Source of the DNA: an uncultured Hormoscilla sp. | Lineage (GTDB): Bacteria; Cyanobacteriota; Cyanobacteriia; Cyanobacteriales; Desertifilaceae | Assembly (NCBI GenBank): GCA_963921275.4 | Contig: OZ001293.3 | Coordinates: forward strand, 1,888,001 to 1,952,000 | Direction: 5' to 3' | DNA: 64,000 nucleotides | Shown here: positions 22,425-35,237 of the stretch, piece after piece | Position numbering within the stretch: the stretch's first letter is position 1 | Layout: every line of letters starts with the position of its first letter | The notes under the pieces: model-generated | Seen by the model: only the letters and a program-made list of their open reading frames with translations | Told to the model about the DNA's origin: nothing | Database searches by the model: none | Position numbers and translations under genes: made by a program

Positions 22425-22496
22425 AAATCCACTAAAATACAAATAAATGGAATAAATTATTTGTTCTATTAAGGACTTTCTCAACATAAATAACCT

Positions 22497-22697
22497 TCAT
22501 CTTACTTGTCTTTGTTGCTTATAATCATAATCTTCTTCATAGTCGATAGTACTAAACAAGTCCAACAGTTTCAGTTGTTGGCGACGTTGAATGTATTCGC
22601 GCAAAGCCTCTTCTATTAATTGATTAACTGTTGAATGGTTGCTCAAAGCCAGGGCTTCTTCGAGTAGTTGTTCGTCAATTTGAAGGTAACTTACCAT
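22497..22697 (-). CDS. Orphan VapB-family antitoxin
   Basis: LQIDEQLLEEAL...LIEEALREYIQRR...DYDYKQQR. Confidence 0.75.
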   Translation of the reverse strand: MVSYLQIDEQLLEEALALSNHSTVNQLIEEALREYIQRRQQLKLLDLFSTIDYEEDYDYKQQRQVR

Positions 22698-22720
22698 GGG
22701 TTTTTTATAGCAAGTAATGG

Positions 22721-24014
22721 ATGAAAAAAACGATCGCCCGACTACCATCCTCAAGTGCCAGGTCCACCCTTAAATGGACCAACAATATCGCTAGTGCGCC
22801 AACCGCCGTAGAAATCTCCAGCTTGCGCCTGCACCAGTTCGCCATCAACATAGCAAGCGTCCATCATTTGCGCATAAAAAGCCAAATAGCCCTCGATCGA
22901 TGCAAAGGATGGCGTCGGATTAGGATAATCAGTCTGCTAACAGTACGTCCGATCAAGATTGCGATCGCGGGAGAAGTGAACAGACCAGGTTCGTACTCAG
23001 TAGACTTAAACAGAAACCAAAGTGTTAACATACCAACAGTAACGGGTGCGATCGAACTGGCAGGGGGATTCGCAGTCGGCGGATATACGTCGCATTCAGG
23101 TACGACGTACCCGACCATATACAGGGGAAGTGCAATCTTTTTTGAAGTCTGCTGAAATAATCACAGTAGATCTGTGGCAACTGTTGCAGAAGGCAGACTT
23201 AAGTCAAGACATAATACTGCGAGACGGAGACAGCATATTAATACCCACGATCGCCAGCGTCAACCTGGATGAGACCCCCCAACTGGCAGTAGCAAGCTTT
23301 GCCACGAACACCGGTCGTGCCCTGAACATAGCGGTGGTAGGAGAAGTAAAGCGTCCGGGTTCCTATACCCTCAGCAACAGTCAAAGCACCAAGGCGGCAA
23401 CTGTCACCCAAGGCATTCAAGCAGCCGGAGGGATCACCCAAGAAGCAGATATTCGCAACATACTGGTGCGCAGACGCACAAAATCAGGCTCAGAGCAGCT
23501 TGTAGAAGTCAATTTCTGGAATCTATTACAGACTGGAGACCTGCGCCAGGATTTGCCATTGCAAGAAGGAGACACGATAGTAGTCGCCAGGGCAAAGGAA
23601 ATGAGTCCCGATGAAGTGACAGAACTAGCAACAACAAGCTTCTCATCAGAGACGATAACGGTCAATATTGTAGGAGAAGCAATACGATCAGGGGCAGTAG
23701 AGGTGCAGCCGAATACACCACTGACCCAGGCGCTACTGGCAGCAGGAGGCTTTAATAGCGATGCGCAAAAAGGGGTTGTGGAACTAATTCGCCTCAACCC
23801 GAACGGTACGGTTTCCAGACAGACATTGCCCGTAGATTTTAGCCAGGATCTAAATGAAGAAAACAATCCAGCATTACGCAACAACGACACAATCGTAGTC
23901 AAGAAGTCTGGGACGAGAAAAATTGCAGATGCTGTCAACCCAATATTTAATATATTAGGTACGTTGGTGGGAATTTTCGCAATCCCCAGAAGGATAGATG
24001 ACTTGTTCGATTAG
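22721..24014 (+). pseudogene. Polysaccharide export protein (Wza-like, SLBB repeats), 5'-degraded and frameshifted
   Basis: GEVNRPG, AAGG, DLPLQEGD, LRNNDTIVV. Confidence 0.85.
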
Positions 24015-24109
24015 ATGAGATTACAACTAAATTCGCAGTGAAGGGCGGATTTGACAAGATGGTGTCAGAGATTTGTTGGGAAAAGACTGTAAACTAATAG
24101 ATATAAATC

Positions 24110-25777
24110 ATGCAAGCTGGAACCACCCCGAAAATAAGTCAACGCAATGGGCATAAGCCGACGAACCTGAGTTTATACCCAACTCAGGTTCTGGAGAAAA
24201 ATGAAGAGTTCGACCCGAAACAGATACCAGTCGCTTTACGTAATACTGCAAAGACAGCTGGGCTCCAGTCCTGCAGAAGCATTCGCAGCCTCAGCCCTGA
24301 GTGAGTCAGGGCGCTATCAGAGCTTACTCAACCAGTTGCTAGAAATCGAAACAGAGATAGCCGCAGAATCAGTGCGATTTCAGCCAGATAGCCCCAATAT
24401 AGAAGTGCTGCTAGAGAAGCGGGACTAGAGAAGCGGGAAAGGTTGTTACCGCTGATAAATAGGGAATCTGAAAGCATTCTGGGACCTCAGCAGTCGTCTG
24501 GTACGGCTAGAAATCTGGCACCGATTGCGGTAGCACTGAGCAAGCAATTGGTGCAAACGACTAACCAGTTGCAAGTGTTGCAGGTGCGATTGGGAGCCCT
24601 AGAGCAGGTAGAAAAAAGTCTCAAGGAAGAATTTAGCCTTATTCCGGCCTTGGCACGACAGTACACAGATTTACAGCGAAAATTAGTATTCGCCAATAAC
24701 AGTCTGGATCGATTCCTCGCAACCAGGGAAACCTTGCAGATAGAAGCGGCTCAGAAAGCAATTTCCTGGCGAGTGATCAGCAAACCTTTTGAGCCAACAG
24801 GAACGATCTCGCCCAATATACCCAGGAACATGGCCTTAGGCGCGATCGCGGGGTTGCTATTGGGGATAGGAGCTGCATTGCTGAGTGAGCAGCTGGACAA
24901 CGCATTCCATTCTCCTAACGAAATCAAAGAACTGACAGGACTGCCACTTTTGGGGACGATCCCATTCAAGCGGCGACTCCAACAATTCACCAAATCCCTA
25001 GGTAGCGGCTATAAAGCAAATCCCCAGAATTGGGAAATAGGCAATGGCAGCGTTATTACCCGATCAGGCTTCGGAGGACAACAGACTCAATTAACAAATG
25101 TCAACAGGAAGCATAATTACGGTTCATCACCATTTTTAGAAGCATTCCGCACGCTGTATACCAATATTCGCTTTCTCAGTTTGGATACACCCATCCGTTC
25201 CTTAGCGATCAGCTCCTGTTTACCAGCAGAAGGCAAATTCACAGTAGCGCTATTTCTAGCCAGATCGGCGGCGGCAATGGGTCAGCGGGTATTATTAGTA
25301 GACTCAGACATACGTAATCCTCAAATACATGAGAGGATGGGCTTACCGAATATCCGGGGTCTGAGTAATGTGATTACCACAGAGATAGACCCCAATGAAG
25401 TAATTCAGCGATCGCCCTTGGACGAAAACCTGTTTGTGCTCACAGCAGGTCAGATACCGCCAGACCCGATCAAGATCCTCTCGTCGAGAAAGATGCAAAA
25501 CCTAGTCGAGCAATTCCAAAACGCCTTCGACTTAACCATCTACGACACCCCACCCAGTCTCGGATTAGCAGACGGCAGCATACTAGCTACCCGTGCCGAT
25601 GGCATGGTTCTGGTGATAGGAATGGATAAAACCAGTCGTTCCGAGCTGAACCAAGTATTAGATAACCTGAAAATCTCCGACGTTTCAGTCTTAGGAATGA
25701 TTGCTAACGGTGTTAAAGGACAGACAAGCGGAGCGGATTACTATTATCGGTACTACAGTCCTCACCGAGACTCTTAA
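24110..25777 (+). pseudogene. Wzc/GumC tyrosine autokinase with internal deletion
   Basis: EAFRTLYTN, degenerate Walker A AEGKFT, YDTPP, YYYRYY tail; 14-bp duplication CTAGAGAAGCGGGA creates a stop near 24426. Confidence 0.85.
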
Positions 25778-25950
25778 AGCTATAATTGAATTGCATTTGT
25801 TAATGTATTTCATCTTGAATCCAGAAACCCGGTTTTTTCACCGGGTTTCTGGGCAGTGAATATGCTCAGAACTTTATCTCAAGTTTCCAAGTCAGGCTTG
25901 ACTAGATAATAGCGATGCGATCGCCATTGATATCATTTGCGATCGACAAT

Positions 25951-26150
25951 CTACCAATGTAGGAGGACTTTAGACAAATAGCTGGCGTTCAAAACCACCC
26001 AATACTTTTGAGCAATAATCTCGGCAGTAAAATTTGACTGCAGATAACTGCGACCATTTCTGCCCAGCATATCTGTAAGCTGGGAGTCCGAAGCCAAGCG
26101 TAGAATAAAATCAGCCAAACCAGAGCCATCCCCATTATCGAAAGCCTCAC
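25951..26150 (-). pseudogene. GT4 glycosyltransferase C-terminal remnant
   Basis: CGEAFDNGDGSGLADFI...GRNGRSYL; fused directly to the SGNH gene. Confidence 0.6.
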
Positions 26151-26872
26151 CGCAGCACAAAAACGGGCGTCTGTTGTTCGCGAACCAAAGTCACGATCGC
26201 CTTTAACAGCTGCATATTTTGCTCGAACTGCTGGTTGGGATCTATGGACGCAGCCGGAATCTCCGATGTGGGTGAATTGAGCTTTAATTTCCCGGCGATT
26301 CTCGGCCATGCATAGCGCGTCCAAGCTTCTTGGATTGCCAGTATTGGCCGTTGGTTGGGAAAATGGAGCGAGCCAACAGCATCACTGGTGCTGGTAGGCT
26401 GGAGCAGATCGTGGGTGCCAATTTGGATAATGACAGCATCGCTGCCAAAAGTCCCGAATTTCCGCAAATATCCTAATTGATTGCTAATCCCCCAAGAACC
26501 CGCAGAGGCGTTGAGGACTTCTGCCTGATGTCCAGATGCTGATAATTTATTCTTAAATAGTTCTGTAATCGTGCGAGGCTGATCCGTAGGATTGCCGCCA
26601 TTGAGTACAGAGTCACCGGTCATCAAAATTCTTATAGTTCCTGGAGCCTTTTGGGGGGCGATCGGCTCCGATCTTTGAGAATATTGATTATACTCTATTT
26701 TTCTACCAAAGCGCCAAACTTTCTGGTTCGCTTGAAACCGATAGCCCGAGTTGGGGTCAGCTTGAACGAGAACGGGGTTTCCTAATCCGAAAGCTAGTCG
26801 CAGGCTTAATTCGGTCGCTGCCAATACCGCTATTATACCACCTGCTACTTTATATTTTCCTGACCATTTCAT
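26147..26872 (-). pseudogene. SGNH/GDSL hydrolase, C-terminally truncated
   Basis: GDSVLNGG, NASAGSWG, GTHDL; no DxxH motif. Confidence 0.8.
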
Positions 26873-27449
26873 CTCTCAGATTCTCTGGGCTTGATTCCTT
26901 CGATACAAACTGAATCTGCATGTCTAATTTCTTTCTCAACTGCTGCAAATCGCGGGTCAGACCATTCCCTATAATTGCACCTACGAATATTAATAAAACC
27001 CTGTTTAGCCAAAGCATTTTTCAGGGATGGTTCGTCCCACATCCATTGGTGTCTGTGGTTGGAGAATGCGTCCCGAAGTCGGTGATAAAAACTGCGGCGG
27101 CTTCCTGTCCGATCCATGAATGATGCATAAAATCAGTGGCAGCTTTGGTTGCTAACTCCTTGTCAGACCTATTCTTGATGTAGGCTTCTATATATTTTTC
27201 TAGGTCAGGAACAATTATTCTTAATATGCCTCCAGGTTTTAAGTATAAATAAACCTTTTCTAAGGCAACATAAAAGTCAGCAATAATCAAGTGTTCAAAA
27301 ACATGTGAGGCATACAGTAGGGTACAACTACCGGGAGCAATGCTCAGACCTTTTAGTAGATCGCCACACTTGGCTTCTTTTGACCAGTTTTGTCCCCCTA
27401 TCATAGATACTAATGGTCGTCCAATCAGCGGAATTTTTGATATTTTCAA
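26869..27449 (-). pseudogene. SAM methyltransferase (type 11), frameshifted and 5'-truncated
   Basis: YASHVFEHL, LKPGGILRIIVPD, HQWMWD in a shifted frame. Confidence 0.8.
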
Positions 27450-28162
27450 ACTGGTGCCTCAATCAGCAGATCGGGACGCTTTTTATAATGCAGGCGAGAG
27501 AGAAACAGCACCACTGGCGTTTCTGGAGCTATGTTGTAGATTTGGCGTAGCTTCTGTGGAGCATCTGGCAATTCAATCTGCGGATCCACCCCAAAGGCAG
27601 GGTTATGGTGGGAGCAGTGATGCCAAGGTTACCCACGTCTTCTGCTTCACCGGCAGATGTACAATGGACTGCTGCGGCATGATTTAGATTATGGCGCTCT
27701 ACGATTAAGGTATATAGTTGTTTTTTCCGCCTACTCTGGGCTAATGCCCAAGGCGCGAGTTGTCCCATAGTACGGACCGTGTAGGGAACTTTTTGCCAGC
27801 GGGCGATCGCCCCTGCACAGGTAGAAGCATAGGAAAACAGATAGTGGTTGTCCAGAATGTCATAGTCTCGTATATGTTGCCACAGCCAGCGAGTGAGAGC
27901 AACAGAAAAGAGAAAGCCTCTATCTCTCCCCCCTTTGCTGGGTGGAGAAAACAGAGGTAAAAACCAGACTGGCACTCCCTGATACTCCGTGCGCTGGTTT
28001 AATGGCACATCTAGCAGTTGATCGTTTTCAGCTCCATTATCGTGTGGTGGCAATTTCAGCGTCAACCCCACATTCCCTCAATGTTTTCACCAGATTTAGG
28101 GCTACTTTAGTGGGGCCCCCGCGACTGGGAGATAGGGAAGGGATAACATGCAGGACTTTCAC
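27450..28162 (-). pseudogene. GT4 glycosyltransferase, frameshifted and truncated
   Basis: [17 protein letters not shown] start; HYLFSY; VHCTS. Confidence 0.8.
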
Positions 28163-29325
28163 TCACTACCTCCCATCAGATAGTTTTGCATTATTTCCGC
28201 TAAGGTTTGCTGAAAACGCTTCCTACCAAAAATATCAATAACTTGCTGCCGCAAGGCTTCAGGCTGATACATGATAGGATTGGCATAGGTGCCCTGTAAT
28301 ATCTGAATGATGGTTTGGGCGATCGCGCCTACATCATCTGGATTAACCAAAGCCCCCAGCTTACCATGACACAGGGCATCAATGGCCCCATCCTGGTTTC
28401 CTCCCAAAGTTGGTTTACCGCAGGCTAAGGCTTCCAGATACACAATACCAAATCCTTCTCCTTTGCTGGGCATGGCAAATACATCACATAAATTGTAGTG
28501 GTCGCAGAGTTCTGAGTCTGGAATAAAGCCAGCTAAGATGACGTGATGTGGCAAATTGAGTTGTTGAATCAGTTGTTCCACGCCGATCGTCCCCTTTCCC
28601 CACTATCAGATAGTACACCTGGGGAAGATTTTCTATTATAGTCGGTAACGCTCTGAGTACGCGGTCATAGCCTTTATATTGCTCTTGACTATCCAGACGC
28701 CCTACAGTTAATATAATCTTTTGATCGGGAGATAAACTATAGCGTTTCAGTAAGTATAGGGGTTTGGGGGAAATTTGAAAGCGATCGCGATCGAATGTGT
28801 TGGGCAGCAGTAATACTTTTTTTGGATCTAGATGTTGTTCTTGAAGGAGGCGATCTCGAGTGTAGCTGCTGACAGCAAGAATGCGATCTGCATTCTTGAG
28901 GGCTTTCTGTAAGGCGGGACGCTGAGTGTTCCAGCCTTCTACCCCGTGGGCGCGATCGCCCAGTAGGGAATCCCCCTCAAGCGTTTGAGCCAGTAAGCCG
29001 CTTCTGTAAAATTAAGATGAGTGGCAATGACTAAACTCGGATGCCTCCAGATCCCATATCCCAGCAGTTTAGCAGCGAATGTTGGCGTTCGTAAACTATG
29101 AGGGTAACGACCAGCAAAGTGAAATCGGGTATGGTTTAAAAAAGTCAAATTTGGTGACTTATCCGTATCATGCTTGAGAAAAACCTCATAATTACTATTT
29201 GGGTATAAACTCTGTAATGCTTGGAGTAAAAATGCCGAATATACTTGAATTCCCCCTTTAAATCCAAATCTATTAGGAAACCACAAGTGAAAATCAGTTT
29301 GTTTTGAAGGGCTTTTATCTGGCAC
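28159..29325 (-). pseudogene. GT4 glycosyltransferase in several frameshifted pieces
   Basis: KGGIQVYS at the N-terminus; EGFGIVYLEALACG at the C-terminus. Confidence 0.85.
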
Positions 29326-29598
29326 TGATGCCTTCCCCCCTTACATTATTCTTAATATCTTTTTCTTGACAAACATCTTCGTCGATCTGGGTAACATCCT
29401 CGATAATACTCTGCGAACTGCTAGTTCCGTTTCATTCCAATACCGCTCGATCGCATTTATATCTTCCTCCTCTATCTCTAATATCCGTTTATGTTTAAAA
29501 ATCGAATAAAGGGCGCAATCACTTAAATCTTTTTCTTGGAATGATTGGGGCTTTCTTGCTTTTATAAACACCCCTGGTTGTTCCGGATCTTTGTCTAA

Positions 29599-29730
29599 GA
29601 GGCTGTTTGAAAAGTACTTTTTGGTACCTCAAGGCGACCTGGAGCACCTATACTGAGTTGCTGAAAGCCTAATTATTGCGTTGAATATAAGTATGGTCAA
29701 AGTAGCAACTCTGACTTTTAAAACAACCTC
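29599..29730. mobile_element. 132-bp MITE of an IS5/IS1031-group element
   Basis: TIRs GAGGCTGTTTGAAAAGT / ACTTTTAAAACAACCTC; TAA duplication; excision restores the host frame. Confidence 0.9.
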
Positions 29731-29883
29731 TAAGACTTCTATAATCATATCTGCAAATGTCACTTCCATGTCCGAGACTTGATAGCGCCAGTAATCTGCT
29801 GACGCACTGTGATAAGCAAACCCTATGGATTCGTCGTGATCAGCAAAACACCATCAGGTTTCAAAATATTCTTAAAGTTGCTA

Positions 29884-30756
29884 GGGCGTGTCATCAATTA
29901 AGCCATATTACAGCTGCCGCGAGGTAGATGGCACCCAAGAAATTGCGAGCCGTTTTATCGTAGCGTGTCGCCAGAGCCCTGTATTGCTTGAGTTTTTGGA
30001 ATAGATTTTCAATTAGATGCCGCCACTTGTACATTTCTTCATCGTATTCTCTGTGTTCTGTGCGGTTACTTTTTGGAGGAATGACAGCCATCCAATCCGC
30101 CTCTTTCAGGCGCTCGAGCACACGTTGTTCCGCATCATAGGCTTTATCTGCAAGCAGCGCGCCAATCTCACCGATTTTATCCAATAGCACGTCAGCGCCT
30201 TTCCCGTCGTGGGCTTGGCCAGGGGTAAGATGAAATCCTGTGGGATTGCCTTGGGCAATCGCAAGTGGCATGAATCTTTGTCGATAGTCCCCCTTTACTA
30301 CGGCCTATGGCTTGGGTTTCGCACGTATCTGAGGGTGTTTTTTTTTGCACCCGCACGCTCGTTGATGGGCACGCAGGATGGTGGCATCAATCGCGGCGTA
30401 TTCGTTATCGGCGTCTGAGGCCAAGACATCGAATACCTGCTTCCAAACTCCCTTTTCAGACCAACGGGTATGGCGGGTATGAACAACCCGAAAATCCCCA
30501 AAACACTCCGGTAAATCCCGCCAGGGAATGCCAGCACGATATCGATATAACACGGCAGAACACGAATAATCTATTGTTCTTGGCTGTAGCGCCTGGGTCA
30601 CCCTCTTTACCAGGTAAAAGGTGTTCGATCCGTTCCCACTGGTCGTCTCGCAAGCCATAGCGTCTCATATCATGCCCTCTTGATTGTTATTGCTGGATAA
30701 GGACTCCATACCGTATCCATCTACTTCTGTCAAGCAATTTGATTGATGACACACCC
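29884..30756 (-). mobile_element. IS5-family element, copy of 6723-7595
   Basis: Same length (873 bp), identical ORF translations, TA duplication. Confidence 0.95.
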
Positions 30757-30874
30757 TAATAACTTGGCGCCAATTCTTAACGTGTTCTATCACCTCTGTA
30801 CAAATCAGTAGGTCAAATTTTTCCGCACCATAATGGGTAAGTAAATCTTCAGCTGCGCGCACGCTACGCGAACG

Positions 30875-31610
30875 AGCAGAAGATGGAAAGATACTATAGG
30901 TCCTTGTCCGAAAAAGACCGCAGGCGCTATGCGGCTATCGAAGCGCTCAAGCTGGGTCACGGCGGTATCAGCTACATCTGCTTAGTGCTGGGCTGTCATG
31001 CTCACACTATTCGGCGAGGGATGGAAGAACTATCTTCTGAGCAGGCTATGAGTGATGAGCGCATCCGTCAGCCTGGAGGTGGACGTAAAAGGGCCACCGA
31101 TCAAATAGAGGGATACTTTGCATTTTTGCGTGTTATAGAGAGCCATACAGCAGGTTCACGCCCTGGATGAGTCGGCGGTGTCTGGAGCGTGCCGAGTCCT
31201 TCAGGACAAGAGCACGCGGAAGACGCAGATAAAATGGACGCATCCGCCCTTCATACGCCGACAATTTGTTGCTTGATGCTGGGATTTCAGTTAGTGTCAC
31301 GGTAGTAGATCAATTGCTAGAAAAATACAACTTCCGTCGTCCTAAGGTCTTCAAGACCAAAGCCACTGGGGAGCATAAAGAGCGCGGCCCGAGCAATTTA
31401 AGAATATAGACTCTCTTGTGGAGAGCTATCAAAATGCTGGAAATCCAGTAATAAGTATGGACACAAAAAAAAGAGTTTATAGGTCAACTATATCGTGATG
31501 GGCTCTGCTTAACCCAAGAGAGAATCAATGTTTACGACCATGACTGGCCATCTCTGGCTCAAGGCAAGATAATTACCCATGGTTTATACGATCTCAACTA
31601 CAAGGAGGGC
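30875..31610 (+). mobile_element. ISAzo13-family transposase relic
   Basis: [21 protein letters not shown]...RQPGGGRK; later fragments GNPVISMDTKK and HDWPSLAQGK..HGLYD. Confidence 0.85.
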
Positions 31611-32540
31611 TGCTAAGGCAATCTCCAAAGCGCGAACACCATCTTCAAGGGATATTAATGGAGTCGCTTTGCCTTCAATGCATTCCAGAAAATGGCGCAT
31701 TTCATCTAGAAACATTGTATTTCGTTGAGAGTTCTGTGGTGCTGGGATACTCTCCCATTGCTGCTCAGTTGTTTGGTATAACTCCACCTGACTAGTCGCC
31801 TGATCCCAACTAATGGTGCCGCCTTCGCCTGCAATGTGCAAACGGTGGGACGGCGGACGTTGTATGTAGTCTAGATGTACGGTAGCGATCACCCCTGAGT
31901 CAAAGGTTAGCTGAATATCGGCCATATCTTCTACATCTAACTCCAAGATGCCGCCCTGTTGCGTAGTTGCCATGACTGTTGTTACCTCACCAAATAACCA
32001 CCGCAGATAGTCTAGGGGGTGACATAGGGTAAGGATGATGCCACCCCCTAAATCAGCACGAGCGCTGTAGCTGTAGCGGTAATCTTCCCAAGGATGCCAG
32101 TCGGGTAAATATTCTCCCCAGTGAACGTGGGTATAGATCGGTTTGGCTATCGCCCCATTGTTGATTAATTCTCTGACTACACCTAAACCCTGATTAAACC
32201 GGAACTGAAACCCTACTAACACCTTTAATCCTTGTTTTCCTACAGTGGATAGCAATAAATTGACGCCATCAGAAGTATGAGAAATGGGTTTCTCAATGAA
32301 CAGATGACATTGAGCTAGAGCTGTTTCTAAAGCAACACTCAGGTGTAGAAAAGTTGGATTCGCAATTATAGCTGCTTGGGGTTGATGAGCGAGGGCAGCT
32401 TGCCAATCAGTTTCACTGGGTATGCCTGCCAATTCTGATTCTGGTAGAGTATTCTTGTGAGTGCGATATAGAACAAAATTATGACAACCTAATGCTTGCA
32501 GATTGCGCAAATGACGACGACCTATTGAACCAATTATCAA
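31584..32540 (-). CDS. Gfo/Idh/MocA oxidoreductase (ends degraded)
   Basis: GSIGRRH, IEKP, VGFQFRF, GGG....HPLD. Confidence 0.85.
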   Translation of the reverse strand: MIIGSIGRRHLRNLQALGCHNFVLYRTHKNTLPESELAGIPSETDWQAALAHQPQAAIIANPTFLHLSVALETALAQCHLFIEKPISHTSDGVNLLLSTVGKQGLKVLVGFQFRFNQGLGVVRELINNGAIAKPIYTHVHWGEYLPDWHPWEDYRYSYSARADLGGGIILTLCHPLDYLRWLFGEVTTVMATTQQGGILELDVEDMADIQLTFDSGVIATVHLDYIQRPPSHRLHIAGEGGTISWDQATSQVELYQTTEQQWESIPAPQNSQRNTMFLDEMRHFLECIEGKATPLISLEDGVRALEIALAALLVVEIV

Positions 32541-32694
32541 AATTTTGCTAATTTTGTGATTCCTCTTGTTGTTCTGAAATCAATATTTATATTTGTTTTT
32601 CACTACGTGGATTACTATCTGTTCTTTTACTTATCACTTCCTCTGTTGATAAAACAACCCTCTTTACCATGGTTCTTTTGATGTCACTAAAAAC

Positions 32695-35110
32695 CTAAAT
32701 GATTCTACCAATATCTAGGCTAAATAACTTCGACTTAAACAACCAAATCTTCATATTGTACAGCCCTGGCTTTAATCCTAAGCAAGGCATCTGAAGCTGA
32801 ATTTCATGGTCCCCTGGGGATAAATTAAGCGACTCGCCGTCTTTTTTGCTATTTACCCTAAATGCATGATCGCTCCCACCCGATATTTCCATGACTCCTA
32901 TATCTACTACTACATCTTCTATTCTTTCGCGTGCTTTGCAAAACATACACAACCATGCTGATTCACCACTCACTGGTGCCTCTATAACATTCCCTTGAGA
33001 GTTCCTAAAATATAGTGAAGTAATATCTAGTCCTGAACTTTCTGCTTCTGATTTTTCGGTAAGCAATATTTTTCCTAACTCTCGATCGTCATTTACCTTG
33101 CTTAGAAACATATCTGCCTCATATTTTTTTATAATTGCATATGTTTCACCTGAGCAACTAAATTTCCCTTGTTGATATATATAGCATGATCGCATACCTT
33201 AAGAATTGGTTGAGGGTGGTCAGAAACCAGGATAAAAGTGACGCTATTTCTGCGTATTTCATATAACCGGCGATAACACTTAGCTCTAAACTTGATATCT
33301 CCCACCGATAATACTTCATCAATTAATAGAATATCTGGCTCTGTATGTATTGCACAGGCAAACCCCAACCGTGCCCTCATCCCAGAACTATAAGTCTGCA
33401 CTGGCGCATCGATCGCCTCTTCAATCTCGGCAAAATCTACAACTGCCTCAAACCGCGAGTCGATCTCTTGTGATGACAACCCCAAAATCGACATATTCAC
33501 ATAAATATTTTCTCTGCCTGTCAGGCACTGGTTCCGTTAAGTGTTTGGGGTCTTGCTGCTGAATTTAGGGAATTACAGAGCAGATCGTATGCTCAATAAT
33601 TGAGACCTTGATATTCCGGTTTCCAAGAGCCCTAACTTGACAGCAGGGACAACTTTAGTCGTGAAATGCACCGTACAAAGTTGTGGATGACCCAGAAGAA
33701 ATCCAGGGTTCTTTGGAGATGTTGACGAGACTTCGCATCGGTGTTGGTTTGGCGACGGAAAGCCGAATTTCGCCGTCGCATTCAGGCATTGAATCCCTCA
33801 ACATGGTTGGCATGAATCTCGTTTTCTACCACTTTCGTCTCTGTCTGAGGATGCTCAGGCACGGGAGCTTCATATTTCTTACGAGGACGACCCACTCGCT
33901 TCTTGGCTCCTTTATTCTTGAGTCTGACCCGTATTCCTTTAGGCAGAGGTTTGGGGGGACGACCGAGTTTGCCATCTCGGATCACCTCATGGCAAATGTC
34001 AAAGAGCAAATTACCATAACGCCGTTCCCCATCGGTAAACAGGCTAAGATCCTCGGTTTGCGAAATCACTTCAACCAAAGTATTTAAGGCTCGCTTAAAC
34101 AGTTGTTGGTCTTTCGAGCCACAGTGCAACTCCCACAAAAAACGACTGGGCGGTGTCTTCCGCGTACTCTTGTCCTGAAGGACAAGAGTACGCGGAAGAC
34201 GCCGGAGATCCCGACTAACAATCCTCCACCCTTGACTCAGAGCAGGCGGCTCATTTTTCTCCACCAATGTATAGAGTTCATCTCCTTCAATCATCAATTC
34301 TATAAACTGATGGAGCCAGGCAGAGAGCCTCAGAACTGGTTTGAGCTCCCCGAGACGGTCTTCCCAATCGATGACAGTTTTCTTGGAGACGTTAAAGGTT
34401 CGTGCGACTGCATTGAGACCCATCCCTTCACTCCTGGCTTTGAGAACTTGGATAATCCGACTTCAGGGAGTTCGTAGACCCGCTAAGTGGCCAAGGTTTC
34501 ACTGTAGTAAATGTCACACGCCTGGCAATGGTGGATGGTGCGGCTACCGTTGTGTTGAGTCTCATAATGGTGGTGAGGGTGTACCTCTTCACTCCCACAA
34601 CAGGGACAACACTGCGAGAATAGTTCCATAACACACCTCCAATTCCGGAAAAGTCTCAGCCTCTCTATGATCATCTATAATTCATAGAGGGCAAGCCTTT
34701 GGGCTATCCTGTTTAGCGGAACCAGTGCCGCCTGTCAAAATCGGATTAAATCCTGCTCCCAAGGCAATCAGTGGCGCTATCCTACCCCTTACCTTCACTG
34801 TACCAGTATCTGGCTTGATTAGACCACTAATAATTCTTAGCAGGGTAGTTTTCCCACTGCCATTCGGACCCACTAGCCCCAGTGCTTCTCCTCTACGAAG
34901 CTGAAAACCTACATTATTCACTGCCCAAAACTCTTGAGATCTTAGCCTGTCACTGTTTTTCCGAAGTCCTGTTAATTCCTTGGTAATGTCTTGAATGCCG
35001 TAGAAAAGAGAACTCTTCAAGTCCCGACAAAACTTTTTGGAGACTCCCGATAGTACCACTTCAGCCTCTTGAGACTTTTTAGTCACTTCTCTATCAGAAA
35101 CACTAATCAT
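32695..35110 (-). pseudogene. Wzt ABC transporter ATPase split by IS1 and frameshifted
   Basis: GPNGSGKTT, NPILT|GRENIY, YSSGMRARLGF, DEVLSVGD. Confidence 0.9.
33524..34729 (-). mobile_element. IS1-family element, 1206 bp, degraded transposase
   Basis: TIRs GGCACTGGTTCCG / CGGAACCAGTGCC; 8-bp duplication GCCTGTCA; Zn-ribbon CPCC...CQAC, EGDELYT, FTDG. Confidence 0.9.
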
Positions 35111-35235
35111 CAGGAACTCATCCTTTCTACTATAAAGGGCATTGCTAATCGGTAAACTACCCAGCTAACCAACAAACCACCCAAAGCGATACCACTGGCT
35201 ATCAAAAATCCCACTGAATCTGACACGACACCTCA
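35110..35235 (-). pseudogene. 3' remnant of a wzm permease
   Basis: ...GGLLVSWVVYRLAMPFIVERMSS* overlaps the wzt start. Confidence 0.6.
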
Positions 35236-35237
35236 GC

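Larger units (their letters stand above)
29341..30853 (-). pseudogene. SAM methyltransferase interrupted by a MITE and an IS5, truncated by an ISAzo13 relic
   Basis: [13 protein letters not shown]...I|SNFKNILKPDG...DYWRY...EVL|DKDPEQPGVFIKARKP after removing the inserts. Confidence 0.85.
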
